Shown: piece after piece, positions 31,706 to 32,000 of the stretch
How the letters are laid out: the number at the start of each line of letters is the position of its first letter
Position numbering within the stretch: the stretch's first letter is position 1
Assembly (NCBI GenBank): GCA_003568775.1
Contig: MWMI01000001.1
Span: forward strand, 120,001-152,000
Direction of reading: 5' to 3'
DNA from: Candidatus Nanoclepta minutus
GTDB taxonomy: Archaea; Nanobdellota; Nanobdellia; Nanobdellales; Nanobdellaceae
DNA length: 32,000 nt
Position numbers and translations under genes: made by a program
Notes under the pieces: model-generated
The model's input: only the letters and a program-made list of their open reading frames with translations
Told to the model about the DNA's origin: nothing
Database searches by the model: none

Positions 31706-32000
31706 ATGTGTGGAATAATTGCAATAATTTCTTCAGAACCTTTTGATGTTTTAGAAGGTTTAGGTAGGTTGAAGAGGATGGAATATAGGGGATACGATTC
31801 CTATGGTTTCTTTTCAGATGGAAAAATCTATAAAAAGGTTGGGAAGATAGATTTAGATGGATTAAACGGAAAAACTAGGATATTCGTTGGACATACGAGA
31901 TGGGCTACACATGGAGGGGTTAATGAAATAAATGCACATCCCCATTTAGATTGTACGGGTAATATAGTAATCGTTCATAATGGTACGATCGATAACTATA
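31706..32000 (+). CDS. glmS: Glutamine--fructose-6-phosphate aminotransferase, 5' portion (continues off-window)
   Basis: Hand translation gives MCGIIAIISSEPFDVLEGLGRLKRMEYRGYDSYG...GHTRWATHGGVNEINAHPH...VHNGTIDNY. This is a class II glutamine amidotransferase N-terminus with Cys2. It is absent from the ORF track because there is no stop before the window end. Confidence 0.9.
   Translation, partial: MCGIIAIISSEPFDVLEGLGRLKRMEYRGYDSYGFFSDGKIYKKVGKIDLDGLNGKTRIFVGHTRWATHGGVNEINAHPHLDCTGNIVIVHNGTIDNY

Noticed and set aside
1-32000. Looked for CRISPR arrays, IS elements or terminal inverted repeats, rRNA, and longer dispersed repeats.
   Set aside because: I noticed no regularly spaced direct repeats, no transposase-like ORFs and no rRNA-like GC-rich stretches. 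A hand scan cannot exclude short dispersed repeats.

Overview
AT-rich archaeal chromosomal segment (about one-third G+C by eye), roughly 90% coding. It carries three GC-rich, intron-less tRNAs (Ala-GGC, Lys-CUU, Val-GAC), a contrast that suggests a (hyper)thermophile. Most genes are housekeeping: an intein-interrupted class II ribonucleotide reductase, XerA, a YbaK-type deacylase, a histone, MetAP, TruA, UppS, a geranylgeranyl-reductase-like flavoprotein, FKBP, FtsZ, Spt5/NusG, SecE, L11, L1, P0, Ogt, GatD/GatE, an S-layer protein, FAU-1, Rrp42, RpoK and the 5' end of GlmS. Several conserved operons are rearranged. The secE-nusG block is inverted in place, the P1/L12 gene is missing after a short P0, Rrp42 stands without Rrp4/Rrp41, and the C-terminal half of an Lhr helicase is a stand-alone gene. 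This pattern fits a reduced DPANN/Nanoarchaeota-like archaeon, but that placement is inference only. The least explained content is envelope-related. (1) At 15.0-19.7 kb lies a locus with a processive membrane GT2 synthase, a membrane-anchored thioredoxin-like protein, an ArnT/PMT-like GT-C enzyme and two tandem paralogous polytopic proteins. (2) At 29.3-32.0 kb lie two orphan genes, a wHTH protein whose C-terminus resembles the C-terminal module of the S-layer protein, a 2x9-bp repeat in its divergent promoter, and a GNA1-like mini-GNAT one base from glmS. An H/ACA-like hairpin RNA, an unannotated 51-codon membrane micro-ORF between L11 and L1, and two ~50-bp divergent promoters each with a central AT-rich box are also reported. 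No CRISPR array, transposon or clear integrated element was seen.
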